Below are positions 1-7,570 of a DNA stretch of 24,000 nucleotides, piece by piece. Source of the DNA: Candidatus Calditenuaceae archaeon (GTDB taxonomy: Archaea > Thermoproteota > Nitrososphaeria_A > Caldarchaeales > Calditenuaceae); NCBI GenBank assembly GCA_025059595.1, contig JANXDI010000029.1, forward strand, positions 258,735-282,734, read 5' to 3'. A program made the translations under genes and the position numbers. The notes beneath the pieces were generated by a model. The model made no database searches and had not been told where the DNA came from. It saw only the letters and a list, made by a program, of their open reading frames with translations. Each line of letters opens with the position of its first letter. Position 1 is the stretch's first letter.

Positions 1-482
1 CCTCTCCTCAGAATTTTTGTCATATACCACTCATCATAGAACGTTATCTCGTCGTACCTTAGGCATGTATCATATAGTGTGCTCATTTCATAGAATCCTA
101 CCTTGTCCTCGGCATAGCATGCGCGAGGATAGCTTTGTCCTCCAAAAAACCTTTGAGCTATTTTTCCGTCCTTACGCCTCGCCCATGGCATACCCCAGTG
201 CTCCAGCTGAATTATCTCTTGGGGCGCGAGGCTCACGTATCTCTCCACCACATCCTGGTCTGCAAGGAAGTCACTGCCTTTCACCGTATCCCACATGTGA
301 GACTCCAGAGAGTCGCCCCCCTCGGTGTATAGCACGGCCGCAGTTCCGCCCTCGGCAGAGACGCTGTGAGACCTCATAGGCTGTGTCTTTGTTACTACGG
401 CTACGGAAATTTTGCCCTTAGCAACTCTAGCAGCCTCTATCGCAGCGCGGAGGCCGGCCAGCCCCGAGCCAATCACCACCAC
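1..482 (-). CDS. sdhA: Succinate dehydrogenase/fumarate reductase flavoprotein subunit, N-terminal part (gene continues past the window start)
   Basis: The minus-strand translation reads ..DVVVIGSGLAGLRAAIEAARVAKGKISVAVVTKTQPMRSHSVSAEGGTAAVLYTEGGDSLESHMWDTVKGSDFLADQDVVERYV... It shows a GSGxAG FAD Rossmann motif and the RSHSxxAxGG motif (covalent-FAD His) typical of SdhA/FrdA. It is absent from the ORF track because it runs off the edge. The frame is open up to 518 (stop at 519-521). The only canonical in-frame start is GTG at 482-480, so the start is uncertain. Confidence 0.85.
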   Translation of the reverse strand, partial: MVVIGSGLAGLRAAIEAARVAKGKISVAVVTKTQPMRSHSVSAEGGTAAVLYTEGGDSLESHMWDTVKGSDFLADQDVVERYVSLAPQEIIQLEHWGMPWARRKDGKIAQRFFGGQSYPRACYAEDKVGFYEMSTLYDTCLRYDEITFYDEWYMTKILRR

Positions 483-527
483 GTCGCAGCTGATGCTTTC
501 CAGCAGACACCACCTGCGCTAAGATGA

Positions 528-938
528 TCAGAAAAGATAATGAATTTTTATATGTTCACGCATAACCTCGGGATAAGGCGTTGTGAATCCACAGTGGGGG
601 CAAACCTCAGGCCGAGCCTCGCCCTTCGTCAAGGTCTCAACTATTTTCGCGACACGCTCTTTGGAGGTTGCCTGCACGATGATAGAGTCTCGGTCAATCT
701 CAATAACGTAGAGACCGGTTAGACCCACCTTGTCGAGGGTCCTGACAAGCTCGTTGACCATCAAACTCATGTTGATAGGATGGTCTGGTGAGCCGGATAG
801 GTCTATGACGACGTCGCGCTCACGTGGTAGGGCAAAGCCACCTATCCCGGAGAGAAACTCCGATAGCTCGAAGGCTATTACCGTGGCGAGTGGTTCTAGG
901 CCGATGAGCTTCACGTTAACCGTCTTCAAGGGCTTCAC
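528..938 (-). CDS. Small hypothetical protein with a C-terminal C2H2-type zinc finger
   Basis: This is the track ORF 528..1043, trimmed to GTG 938-936, which overlaps the nadM stop (TGA 937-935) as GTGA. The C-terminus CPHCGFTTPYPEVMREHIKIH fits C-x2-C-x12-H-x3-H. No other family was recognised. Confidence 0.6.
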   Translation of the reverse strand: MKPLKTVNVKLIGLEPLATVIAFELSEFLSGIGGFALPRERDVVIDLSGSPDHPINMSLMVNELVRTLDKVGLTGLYVIEIDRDSIIVQATSKERVAKIVETLTKGEARPEVCPHCGFTTPYPEVMREHIKIHYLF

Positions 939-1510
939 CTGAATAGGGCGCTGGTGGCTGAACTCTTGGCAATCCTTACCCTCTCCACACCACCCAAACC
1001 ATCGATGTAATCCGCCACACTCTTCGGGACATATCTCTTCCAATCGCCCCCCTCCGCCATCAACATTCTGATTCGGGTGGCGTTGAGCATCTCCCTGTTG
1101 TAGAGCTCAGCACCTCTTGTCGCTATTCCCTGCTCTTCTAGCAGAAGCCTCACGAAGGGATTATTGGAGTAGGCCACGTCGAACCTTGGACACATCGCGA
1201 CAAGCCGAGCGACCCAGAGCCTGTGCTCTCCGATATCCGGCACAGTTACGGTGATTATCCTGGCGAGGTCTTGGCCATCCTCCTTCAGGGCCAGCCTAAT
1301 CATCTCAATCCTCTCACCCGCTGTGAAGGGGTTGTCGAACGTGTGGCTGAACTGGCTGCTCCCTATGGCGATTATTGCTTCGTCGAACCCTTGAAGTATC
1401 TCTTTGACAGCCGAGAGGTGTCCCATGTGAAATGGCTGGAACCTGCCGATTAGCACAGCCCTAACTACGCCTTTTGAGGTCAGGTCTAAGCCCACCCACC
1501 GGGCTAGCAA
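935..1510 (-). CDS. nadM: Nicotinamide-nucleotide adenylyltransferase (archaeal NMNAT type)
   Basis: VLIGRFQPFHMGHLSAVKEIL...AIGSSQFSHTFDNPFTAGERIEMI...SNNPFVRLL..GVERV is colinear with archaeal NMNAT, including the GRFQPFHxGH nucleotidyltransferase motif. The start is TTG at 1510. An internal GTG just before LIGRFQ is an alternative start. Confidence 0.9.
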   Translation of the reverse strand: MLARWVGLDLTSKGVVRAVLIGRFQPFHMGHLSAVKEILQGFDEAIIAIGSSQFSHTFDNPFTAGERIEMIRLALKEDGQDLARIITVTVPDIGEHRLWVARLVAMCPRFDVAYSNNPFVRLLLEEQGIATRGAELYNREMLNATRIRMLMAEGGDWKRYVPKSVADYIDGLGGVERVRIAKSSATSALFR

Positions 1511-1686
1511 GACTCTCAGCCTCTAATCAAGGTTTTGTATGAATCATCAGGAGCAGTCTGAGTGAATATCTATGTAGTGTGCCTTCCTGTGGAGGAGCTG
1601 CTTTATATTTTGAGCGGGGGACTCGAGGGAGCCTGTAGTTGGAGAATAACCGCTTAAATAGCGAGGTAGGTAACTTGGTCTTGACG

Positions 1687-2454
1687 ATGAGCGTCAGTCC
1701 GAAGCGTGTAAGGCCTCCTATAGCCGTGGAGGTTGTTGACCTCCTGAACCTTGGACGGCTGGTCTTGAACAGGGGAGAGCCGGACGGCCTATTCTGGTAT
1801 TTCACGGTGGATGGGGAGAAGGTCTTGGGGAGCCTCTTCCTGGTACCCTACTGGCGTGGCAACCTGCCGCTGTTCTGCTACACGCGGCTCCCACAGGACG
1901 CCGAGCCGAAGGCCTTCTTGGCTTATCGAAGCATAGGGCAAGAGGAGTGCTATTTCACCAACGCGGGAGACGACCCAAGATTCGTCTATGGCGCCGTCAT
2001 GGAGATTGAGGCTCCACCAGAGTTCCTGCTCAAGTCGCTGAAGAACAGGGCTGTTCAACGCGATATCAAGCCTGTTATGACGAGGGCGAAGGACATGACA
2101 GTCCTCGTGAGGACTCTACTGATTATATCGGAGGACTCAGCCTCACCACCAATCTGGAGCTTCAAACACAACGGCCACTCCATACTGGGAGTCATAGCGC
2201 CTGTCTTCGACTACTACGACGCAAACGCCCTCCCAGTCTTCCTCTACGTCGAGACTCAAGAGGAGCCAAGGGCCGGATTTCTCCGCTACTTCACAGAACA
2301 GGGCCGGGAAGTTACGGCCTTCGTGGACTCAATCGGTGAAATGAAATATTTCTACGCCAGAATAGTCCGCCTATCACATATGCCGCTATGGTCAGCTCCA
2401 AGCGCCGCCCATGTTCGGAAGTTGTATAAAACGTCGCGGCATAGGGGGGTTTAA
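1687..2454 (+). CDS. Hypothetical protein made of two homologous ~120-aa halves
   Basis: This is the track ORF 1639..2454. ATG 1687 lies about 27 nt after the TATA-like CTTAAATA (1653-1660). TTG 1639 is an alternative start, behind TTTATATT (1602-1609). An internal repeat is visible by eye (see findings). No known family was recognised. Confidence 0.6.
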   Translation: MSVSPKRVRPPIAVEVVDLLNLGRLVLNRGEPDGLFWYFTVDGEKVLGSLFLVPYWRGNLPLFCYTRLPQDAEPKAFLAYRSIGQEECYFTNAGDDPRFVYGAVMEIEAPPEFLLKSLKNRAVQRDIKPVMTRAKDMTVLVRTLLIISEDSASPPIWSFKHNGHSILGVIAPVFDYYDANALPVFLYVETQEEPRAGFLRYFTEQGREVTAFVDSIGEMKYFYARIVRLSHMPLWSAPSAAHVRKLYKTSRHRGV

Positions 2455-2532
2455 AACCGGCTTTTCGTCTTCACAGCATCAGCTCAAGGCCTTTGCGTAA
2501 TTCATTTCTTATAAACGTCATCCGATGATAGG

Positions 2533-2540
2533 TTTAAATA
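2533..2540 (+). promoter_or_regulatory. Candidate TATA box (TTTAAATA) upstream of the glutamate-synthase-like cluster
   Basis: This is the only strong A/T octamer in the 2455-2595 intergenic spacer. It lies 56 nt upstream of TTG 2596, which implies a leader of about 30 nt. Confidence 0.35.
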
Positions 2541-2595
2541 CGAATTGAATCACTCAACGTCAACAAGACGTGGGTGATGTGGGATAGGCGCTAGT

Positions 2596-3897
2596 TTGAC
2601 GGGTCCCGCCTCGGTCGTCGGTTCAAAAGCCATACTTGTTGAAAGATATCTTCCCCTGCCGAAGAAGAATGCGCGGGAGTTCTGGACTGAGCGGAGGATA
2701 GAGCATATAAGGTATCTGGCTTCCTGTGGAAGACCTCTGATGGTCTGGGACAGATGTAAATCCGACACTTCGAGGGTATTGGACAGGCTTCATTTTCAGA
2801 GGGAACTTGAAGAGGATGGGGAGGGCGAGTGCTCGTATCAGGCGTCAGACTCCATCTCTGTATCCTCAAGAATCTGCCATGGAAGACTGTGGCTGGAGCA
2901 CCCCATCTACCTTGGGGACATGTCGTTCGGGGCATTGAGCGGTGTTCCGAACATAGCTATAGCGAGGGCCGCCGACCTGACCGGAACCCTCGCTGGGATC
3001 GGTGAAGGTGGGCTCCATCCCGAAGTGGGGAAATGCAGGAGAATCGCGGTCCAGTGGGCCTCTGCCAGATTCGGGCTGGACCTTGACGTATTGAGGAGAG
3101 GAGAGGCGGTAGTCATTAAAATAGGTCAGGGGGCCAAGCCTGGAATAGGAGGGCACCTCCCCAGCGTAAAAGTAGTTGAAATAATCTCACAGACGAGGAG
3201 AATCCCAGTCGGCGTGGATGCCATCTCACCAGCACCCCACCACGACATCTACTCCATTGAAGACTTGGAGCAGAGGATTTGGGCTCTCAAGGAAGCGACT
3301 GGAAAACCTGTCCTTGTAAAAGTCGCCGCGACAAACTACATACCATATATTGCCTCGGGCGTCGCGCGGATGGGGGCGGACGGCATTATAATTGATGGTC
3401 AGGGGGCGGGGACTGGGGCGGCTCCCGCTGTTGTTAGGGATAACATCGGGTTGCCTATTGAGCTTGCCGTAGCCTCTGCCGACGCGATGCTGAGAAGGGA
3501 GGGTCTTCGGGAGGGGTTCACTGTCGTGGCTGCGGGAAGAGTTAGTAGTGCTGAAGACTCGGCCAAGCTCATAGCACTTGGTGCAGACATAGTGTCGATA
3601 GGCACGGCGGCATTGATAGCCATGGGATGCATAATGATTCACAAATGCCACCTCGGGTTCTGTCCGGCCCTCATCACGAACAAGATTATTGATGAGCCCA
3701 AGAAGATACTATCACTTGAAACTGCGACCCGCTGGGTTGTTAACCTCGTGCATGGGTGGTCCTCAGAGCTTAAACTGATTCTTGAGAAGGTGGGTATGAA
3801 AAGAGTTGAGGAGCTGAGGGGGCGGAGAGACCTATTGGTGGGCCGTGGCCTTAGCGACTCCACACTGAAAGTTTTGGAAGTAAGGGGAGTGAACTGA
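2596..3897 (+). CDS. gltB: Glutamate synthase-like FMN-binding / 3Fe-4S domain protein (homolog of the GltB FMN domain)
   Basis: [37 protein letters not shown] and [11 protein letters not shown] are hallmarks of the GltB FMN (TIM barrel) domain. [14 protein letters not shown] has the C-x5-C-x4-C spacing of the GltS 3Fe-4S cluster ligands. The start is TTG 2596, with an in-frame stop just upstream at 2575. Confidence 0.85.
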   Translation: MTGPASVVGSKAILVERYLPLPKKNAREFWTERRIEHIRYLASCGRPLMVWDRCKSDTSRVLDRLHFQRELEEDGEGECSYQASDSISVSSRICHGRLWLEHPIYLGDMSFGALSGVPNIAIARAADLTGTLAGIGEGGLHPEVGKCRRIAVQWASARFGLDLDVLRRGEAVVIKIGQGAKPGIGGHLPSVKVVEIISQTRRIPVGVDAISPAPHHDIYSIEDLEQRIWALKEATGKPVLVKVAATNYIPYIASGVARMGADGIIIDGQGAGTGAAPAVVRDNIGLPIELAVASADAMLRREGLREGFTVVAAGRVSSAEDSAKLIALGADIVSIGTAALIAMGCIMIHKCHLGFCPALITNKIIDEPKKILSLETATRWVVNLVHGWSSELKLILEKVGMKRVEELRGRRDLLVGRGLSDSTLKVLEVRGVN

Positions 3898-3902
3898 GGC
3901 AC

Positions 3903-4922
3903 TTGAGCGTTTGGAGGGGAGACATAGTAGCTAACCTCCGGACTCTCGCAGGCGTCGAAGGCAAAACCCCATCAGAACCACCCATAGTTAGCATGGGCAG
4001 CGTTAATCCCCCATTAATAGAGGCTCCGTGCTTCATACTTGATCATATTATCTCGGATGGTGCACAAGTCACGCGACCTAGCATAGACCCATACCGCGAA
4101 CCAACCGAGACCGAGGTCTACCTCTTCGGCGCTGGCCTCAGACTCGCCATGCCCATCATAATAAGCGGTTTGAACGATATAGAGCCGAAACATGTCTCCC
4201 CGCTGATTCATTCCTGCTTCAGAATGGGCGTTGGGGTTCATTTAGAGGGGTCGACCGCGGAAGAGATACCAGTGGATGTCAGAAGGTTTGTTTTACTTGA
4301 AGCTGAACATAACACTTTACGAGAGATAGATGGAGGCCCGACAATCATACGCATTGATGATAGAGAAGCTCTAGTCAAGTTAATGAAGACTTCCGACGCA
4401 ACTCACCTCTCAGGACAACTCGCTGCGAGGGTCCCCTCCACAGCCGAGCCCGCCTTCTATTCAAGCATCGTAGATGCAGGGTTCAGGGTCATTATAGTCG
4501 ATGAGGATTTAGGGGGAGAGGAGCCCTTAGAGATCGCTCTATCTGAGGTGGACCAAGTGCTTAAAGGATTGAAGGTGGAGGGGACTCCAGCCCGATATGA
4601 AGTTGGCCTCTTGGCCGCTGCTAGCAGAATTCGGTCTAGCTCAGATGTGTTCAAGCTCGGAGGACTCGGAGCAGACGCATGTATCATCAGAGACGCTTGG
4701 AAAATAGCGGTTGATTATCGGTCTGAAATTGCTACATCTCTACTTTCAGAGAGGCTAGAGAACCTCTTGATAGGCATGCAGAGAGAGATTAAGCTTCTCA
4801 TGGGAGCCGCAGGAGTAAGCGCATTCCAAAGTTCCATCGTCGGCAACAGGGAGCTATTTCGGTCGATCGACCTTCCTCTGAAGCTAACCGAGAGGCTCGG
4901 GGTGAAGCCTGCTGGAGAATAG
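3903..4922 (+). CDS. Divergent, apparently cofactor-site-degenerate paralog of the glutamate synthase FMN/TIM-barrel domain
   Basis: The start is TTG 3903, 5 nt after the previous stop. By eye it is colinear with the upstream protein. LAMPIIISGL aligns with the MSFGALS region. GFRVIIVDEDLGGEEPLEIALSEVD aligns with [47 protein letters not shown] aligns with [39 protein letters not shown] aligns with [21 protein letters not shown]. It lacks the GGHLP, PHHDIYS, GxGxGAAP and Cys-cluster motifs. Confidence 0.6.
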   Translation: MSVWRGDIVANLRTLAGVEGKTPSEPPIVSMGSVNPPLIEAPCFILDHIISDGAQVTRPSIDPYREPTETEVYLFGAGLRLAMPIIISGLNDIEPKHVSPLIHSCFRMGVGVHLEGSTAEEIPVDVRRFVLLEAEHNTLREIDGGPTIIRIDDREALVKLMKTSDATHLSGQLAARVPSTAEPAFYSSIVDAGFRVIIVDEDLGGEEPLEIALSEVDQVLKGLKVEGTPARYEVGLLAAASRIRSSSDVFKLGGLGADACIIRDAWKIAVDYRSEIATSLLSERLENLLIGMQREIKLLMGAAGVSAFQSSIVGNRELFRSIDLPLKLTERLGVKPAGE

Positions 4923-4950
4923 CCGCCACATAACTCACGTTAAGTCAGGC

Positions 4951-6990
4951 TGCGGCATATTCGGGATACTTCGGAAAAAAAGGGCTATGCCAATCCCCTC
5001 CAGAATTGCCCTAAACGCAATAGAGTGCGTGAGGTATAGGGGTAGCAAGATGGGGGCCGGCTTTGCCTGTATCAATCTACGCGGCGAGCCCACGGCGAAG
5101 GTTAAGCTCTTCACTCAGTCAGAAAATGATTCGATGCTGATCTACCGGATGCTCGAGGAGAGGCTACCCGGTCGGGCCGCCGCAAAGCCAGTCCCTGAAC
5201 ATTCACAAGACTTTTACAGTATATCATCATATACTATACCTGTTGATGCTGAATATGAGGACCTTTGGCGCGCTGTTCAGGAGGTCAATGAAGCTATCTG
5301 GAGGGACGGGCTCAAAGGTCGAATCTACTCCTGGGGGAGGCATGTAGATGTGTTTAAAGGCGTAGGTTATCCTTTCGACGTTTATGAAATTTTCAGGCTC
5401 GGAAATAGAGATTTGGATGGAGACCTCTGGCTGGCCCACACGAGACAGCCAACCAACTCACCGGGTAGATTCCCATTCTGGTCTCACCCATTCGCAAGTG
5501 GCGAGTGGGCGATAGTCCACAACGGGGACATAAGCTCATTCGGCTCGAATATAGAACTCCTACGCTCGATTGGTTACAAGAGCTTCGTCGGAACAGATAG
5601 CGAGGTCATAGTATACCTCTTAGACTATCTCACAAGCTTCCAGCACATGAATGTTCAGGAGGTTGCGAAAATCCTGTGCAACAAATTTACTCTGGATGTT
5701 CCAGACCAAGAGTTTATCAAGCTGCTCTATAAGTGGCGAGGAGCAAGGCTTGACGGACCGTTCAGCGTCATAGCAGGCTTCTGCGACGGCCATGACGTAT
5801 ACCTCTTGGCTTTTGCGGACAGGTTCAAGTTTAGACCTATAATTGTGGGAGAGGATGAAAACTACGTTTATGCAGCGAGTGAGGAGGCTCAGATAAGGAC
5901 GATCAGCGCGGATGCCAGGGTTTGGACGATTGAGCCTGGAGACTATTTCCTAGCATCACAGAAGCATGGGATAATCTACCCAGGAAGAACCATGTATGAG
6001 AAATATTGTATGCTCGCCAGCGCCACAAAGCCGCATTCACCCGACGAAGAAAGTATTGACGCTTCAAACATGAATTATCGAATGTTAAACCAAGCAATAC
6101 ATGAGAGAATCGAATTGGGCTACCGGAGAGTAGATGTCAAGAACGTAAGAGGTCAGAGATATATCGGTGTAGGAATAGACAAGCCTGCCACGCTGCGAAT
6201 ATTCGGGACACCTGGAAATTGTCTCGGAAACCTCAACAGCTGCCTCGATATTGAGGTGTTTGGGAACGTACAAGACGACGTGGCCGATGTGATGACAGGC
6301 GGCCGTATAATCGTTCACGGAGACGCCCGCGACGTCCTCGCACAGGCATTTCAAGGAGGGGCTATCTACGTGAGAGGGAACGCGGGGAACAGGTGTGGCA
6401 TACAGATGAGGGAATATAGGGATAGACGCCCCTTCCTCATAATTGGAGGGAGGGTGGACGATTATCTCGCCGAATACATGGCTGGAGGAGTGATAGCTGT
6501 TCTGGGGTTGAACTACCTAGACATAGAGACGGAGATCGTGGGGAACTGCATAGCGAGCGGAATGGTCGGCGGCAAGATATACGTGAGGGGAGATGTCAGC
6601 TCAAGCAAAATCGGCTTAACCCCACCCCGCCTCGATGTTCTGCAATACTTGAGAGGGCTCGTCCTAGAGGGCAGACTCTCTGAAGGTAAATACAGGGAGA
6701 TAACCTCCATCGGAGACCTTTCACTACACACGCTTAAAAAATTTTTACCGCAGGAAATCAGCAAACAAGTCTCCAAACTTTACTTGAGCAAATACTGGAA
6801 AGAGCTCGTTGTTGAGACCCGGCTTCTAAACGAGCACGACCTAGCCCTTTTACAACCACATCTCCAAGAATTTGGCAAGTTCTTCAACCTTGAAAGGGAA
6901 GTCCGACGCGTAATTGAGGAAGAGCATTTTACCATAATTTACCCTAAAACGGAGGCTGTTACAAAGGTCGAGGAGCCTGAAGAGGGTTAG
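4951..6990 (+). CDS. Fusion of a class-II (Ntn) glutamine amidotransferase domain and a GXGXG (GltB C-terminal / FwdC-like) domain, with a ~110-aa C-terminal extension
   Basis: The track ORF starts at ATG 4987. The same frame upstream encodes CGIFGILRKKRA from 4951, which is the Ntn Cys1 motif. GATase motifs are HTRQPTNS, HPF, IVHNGDISSFG and GTDSEV. The GXGXG beta-helix repeats are IFGTPGNCLGNLN, VFGNVQDDVADVMTGGRIIVHGDARDVLAQAFQGGAIYVRGNAGNRCG and GGKIYVRG. The true 5' end is unresolved (see finding). Confidence 0.8.
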   Translation, partial: CGIFGILRKKRAMPIPSRIALNAIECVRYRGSKMGAGFACINLRGEPTAKVKLFTQSENDSMLIYRMLEERLPGRAAAKPVPEHSQDFYSISSYTIPVDAEYEDLWRAVQEVNEAIWRDGLKGRIYSWGRHVDVFKGVGYPFDVYEIFRLGNRDLDGDLWLAHTRQPTNSPGRFPFWSHPFASGEWAIVHNGDISSFGSNIELLRSIGYKSFVGTDSEVIVYLLDYLTSFQHMNVQEVAKILCNKFTLDVPDQEFIKLLYKWRGARLDGPFSVIAGFCDGHDVYLLAFADRFKFRPIIVGEDENYVYAASEEAQIRTISADARVWTIEPGDYFLASQKHGIIYPGRTMYEKYCMLASATKPHSPDEESIDASNMNYRMLNQAIHERIELGYRRVDVKNVRGQRYIGVGIDKPATLRIFGTPGNCLGNLNSCLDIEVFGNVQDDVADVMTGGRIIVHGDARDVLAQAFQGGAIYVRGNAGNRCGIQMREYRDRRPFLIIGGRVDDYLAEYMAGGVIAVLGLNYLDIETEIVGNCIASGMVGGKIYVRGDVSSSKIGLTPPRLDVLQYLRGLVLEGRLSEGKYREITSIGDLSLHTLKKFLPQEISKQVSKLYLSKYWKELVVETRLLNEHDLALLQPHLQEFGKFFNLEREVRRVIEEEHFTIIYPKTEAVTKVEEPEEG

Positions 6991-7454
6991 CTCCCCTGTA
7001 TAAGTTGTGGGGAGAAGAAATCCTCTTTCACGACCTCTAAAACAACGTGCGTCGATGTTCTCTCCACGTAAGGCATCCTGAGCACCTTCTTTACGAACTG
7101 GCTCAGCTCTTGCCTATCCCTGAACCGCGCCACGATAATGGAGTCGACCTCACCCGTCACATCGTACACTGCTACGACGTTCGGCTCCTGAGCCAGCTCC
7201 CTCTGAACCTCCAAAAGCCTCCCCTCCCGAATCACAAGTCCAATCACAGCGGTTATGTCGTACCCGAATTTCTCGTAATCAATCAAGGCCGTGAAGCCCT
7301 TAATCAACCCCTCCCTCTGAAGCCTCGAAACCCTGTAAGCCACGGTAGCCACAGAGACACCAAGCGACTTCGCCAGCTCTCTATAGGAGGCCCGGCCGTT
7401 CTGACTTAATATGTTCAAGAGCTTTAAATCAACCTCATCGATTTTTTTCGACAT
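6987..7454 (-). CDS. Lrp/AsnC family transcriptional regulator
   Basis: MSKKIDEVDLKLLNILSQNGRASYRELAKSLGVSVATVAYRVSRLQREGLIKGFTALIDYEKFGY... shows an HTH followed by a RAM/AsnC_trans_reg domain. ATG 7454 is chosen by homology. The track ORF extends to GTG 7502. The 3' end overlaps the convergent upstream gene by about 4 nt. Confidence 0.85.
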   Translation of the reverse strand: MSKKIDEVDLKLLNILSQNGRASYRELAKSLGVSVATVAYRVSRLQREGLIKGFTALIDYEKFGYDITAVIGLVIREGRLLEVQRELAQEPNVVAVYDVTGEVDSIIVARFRDRQELSQFVKKVLRMPYVERTSTHVVLEVVKEDFFSPQLIQGS

Positions 7455-7570
7455 TTCGCCTAAGTTTTCAAACACGCCCATATAAACCGTTCCACTTAAC
7501 ACGAATTTTGAAAGTACTGGCCAGCGTCACAGAGCATTAAAAATACGCGGGGGCCACAAGTACCGCTGAT

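Noticed and set aside
17-379. Plus-strand track ORFs 17..379 and 135..332
   Set aside because: They lie antisense to a clearly recognisable sdhA reading frame. Their composition is low-complexity and Pro/Arg/Ser-rich, with no motifs.
483-521. Possible frame-offset start for sdhA: GTG GTG at about 508-503 is one base out of frame with the W-C-L-L-E-S-I-S-C-D-V-V-V-I-G frame, similar to the metG situation
   Set aside because: An in-frame GTG at 482 gives M-VVIGSGLAG, a feasible Rossmann N-terminus. No anomaly needs to be invoked, so it is recorded only as start uncertainty.
939-1043. N-terminal 35 aa of track ORF 528..1043 (MEEICPEECGG...)
   Set aside because: It fully overlaps the 3' end of nadM in another frame. 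GTG 938 gives a typical GTGA-coupled start.
1527-1805. Minus-strand ORF 1527..1805 and a C-box-like CTGATGA (minus strand, about 1545-1551) with a CTGA only 24 nt downstream
   Set aside because: The ORF is Arg/Ser/Pro-rich and spans a divergent promoter. The C/D-like boxes are too close together for a two-guide archaeal C/D sRNA, and the C box lacks the 5' purine.
2522-2530. CCGATGATA resembling a C box in the 2455-2595 spacer
   Set aside because: The terminal GA of the C box is missing (GATGATA). No D box or terminal stem lies at the right distance. The adjacent TTTAAATA is better explained as a TATA box.
6987-6990. Convergent gene pairs whose stop codons overlap (6987-6990, 21010-21013, 12452-12460)
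   Set aside because: These are real but common in compact archaeal genomes. There is no evidence of a functional element beyond tight packing.
7047-7409. Plus-strand ORF 7047..7409 (120 aa)
   Set aside because: It is antisense to the well-supported Lrp/AsnC gene. Its composition is Pro/Leu/His-rich with no recognisable domain.
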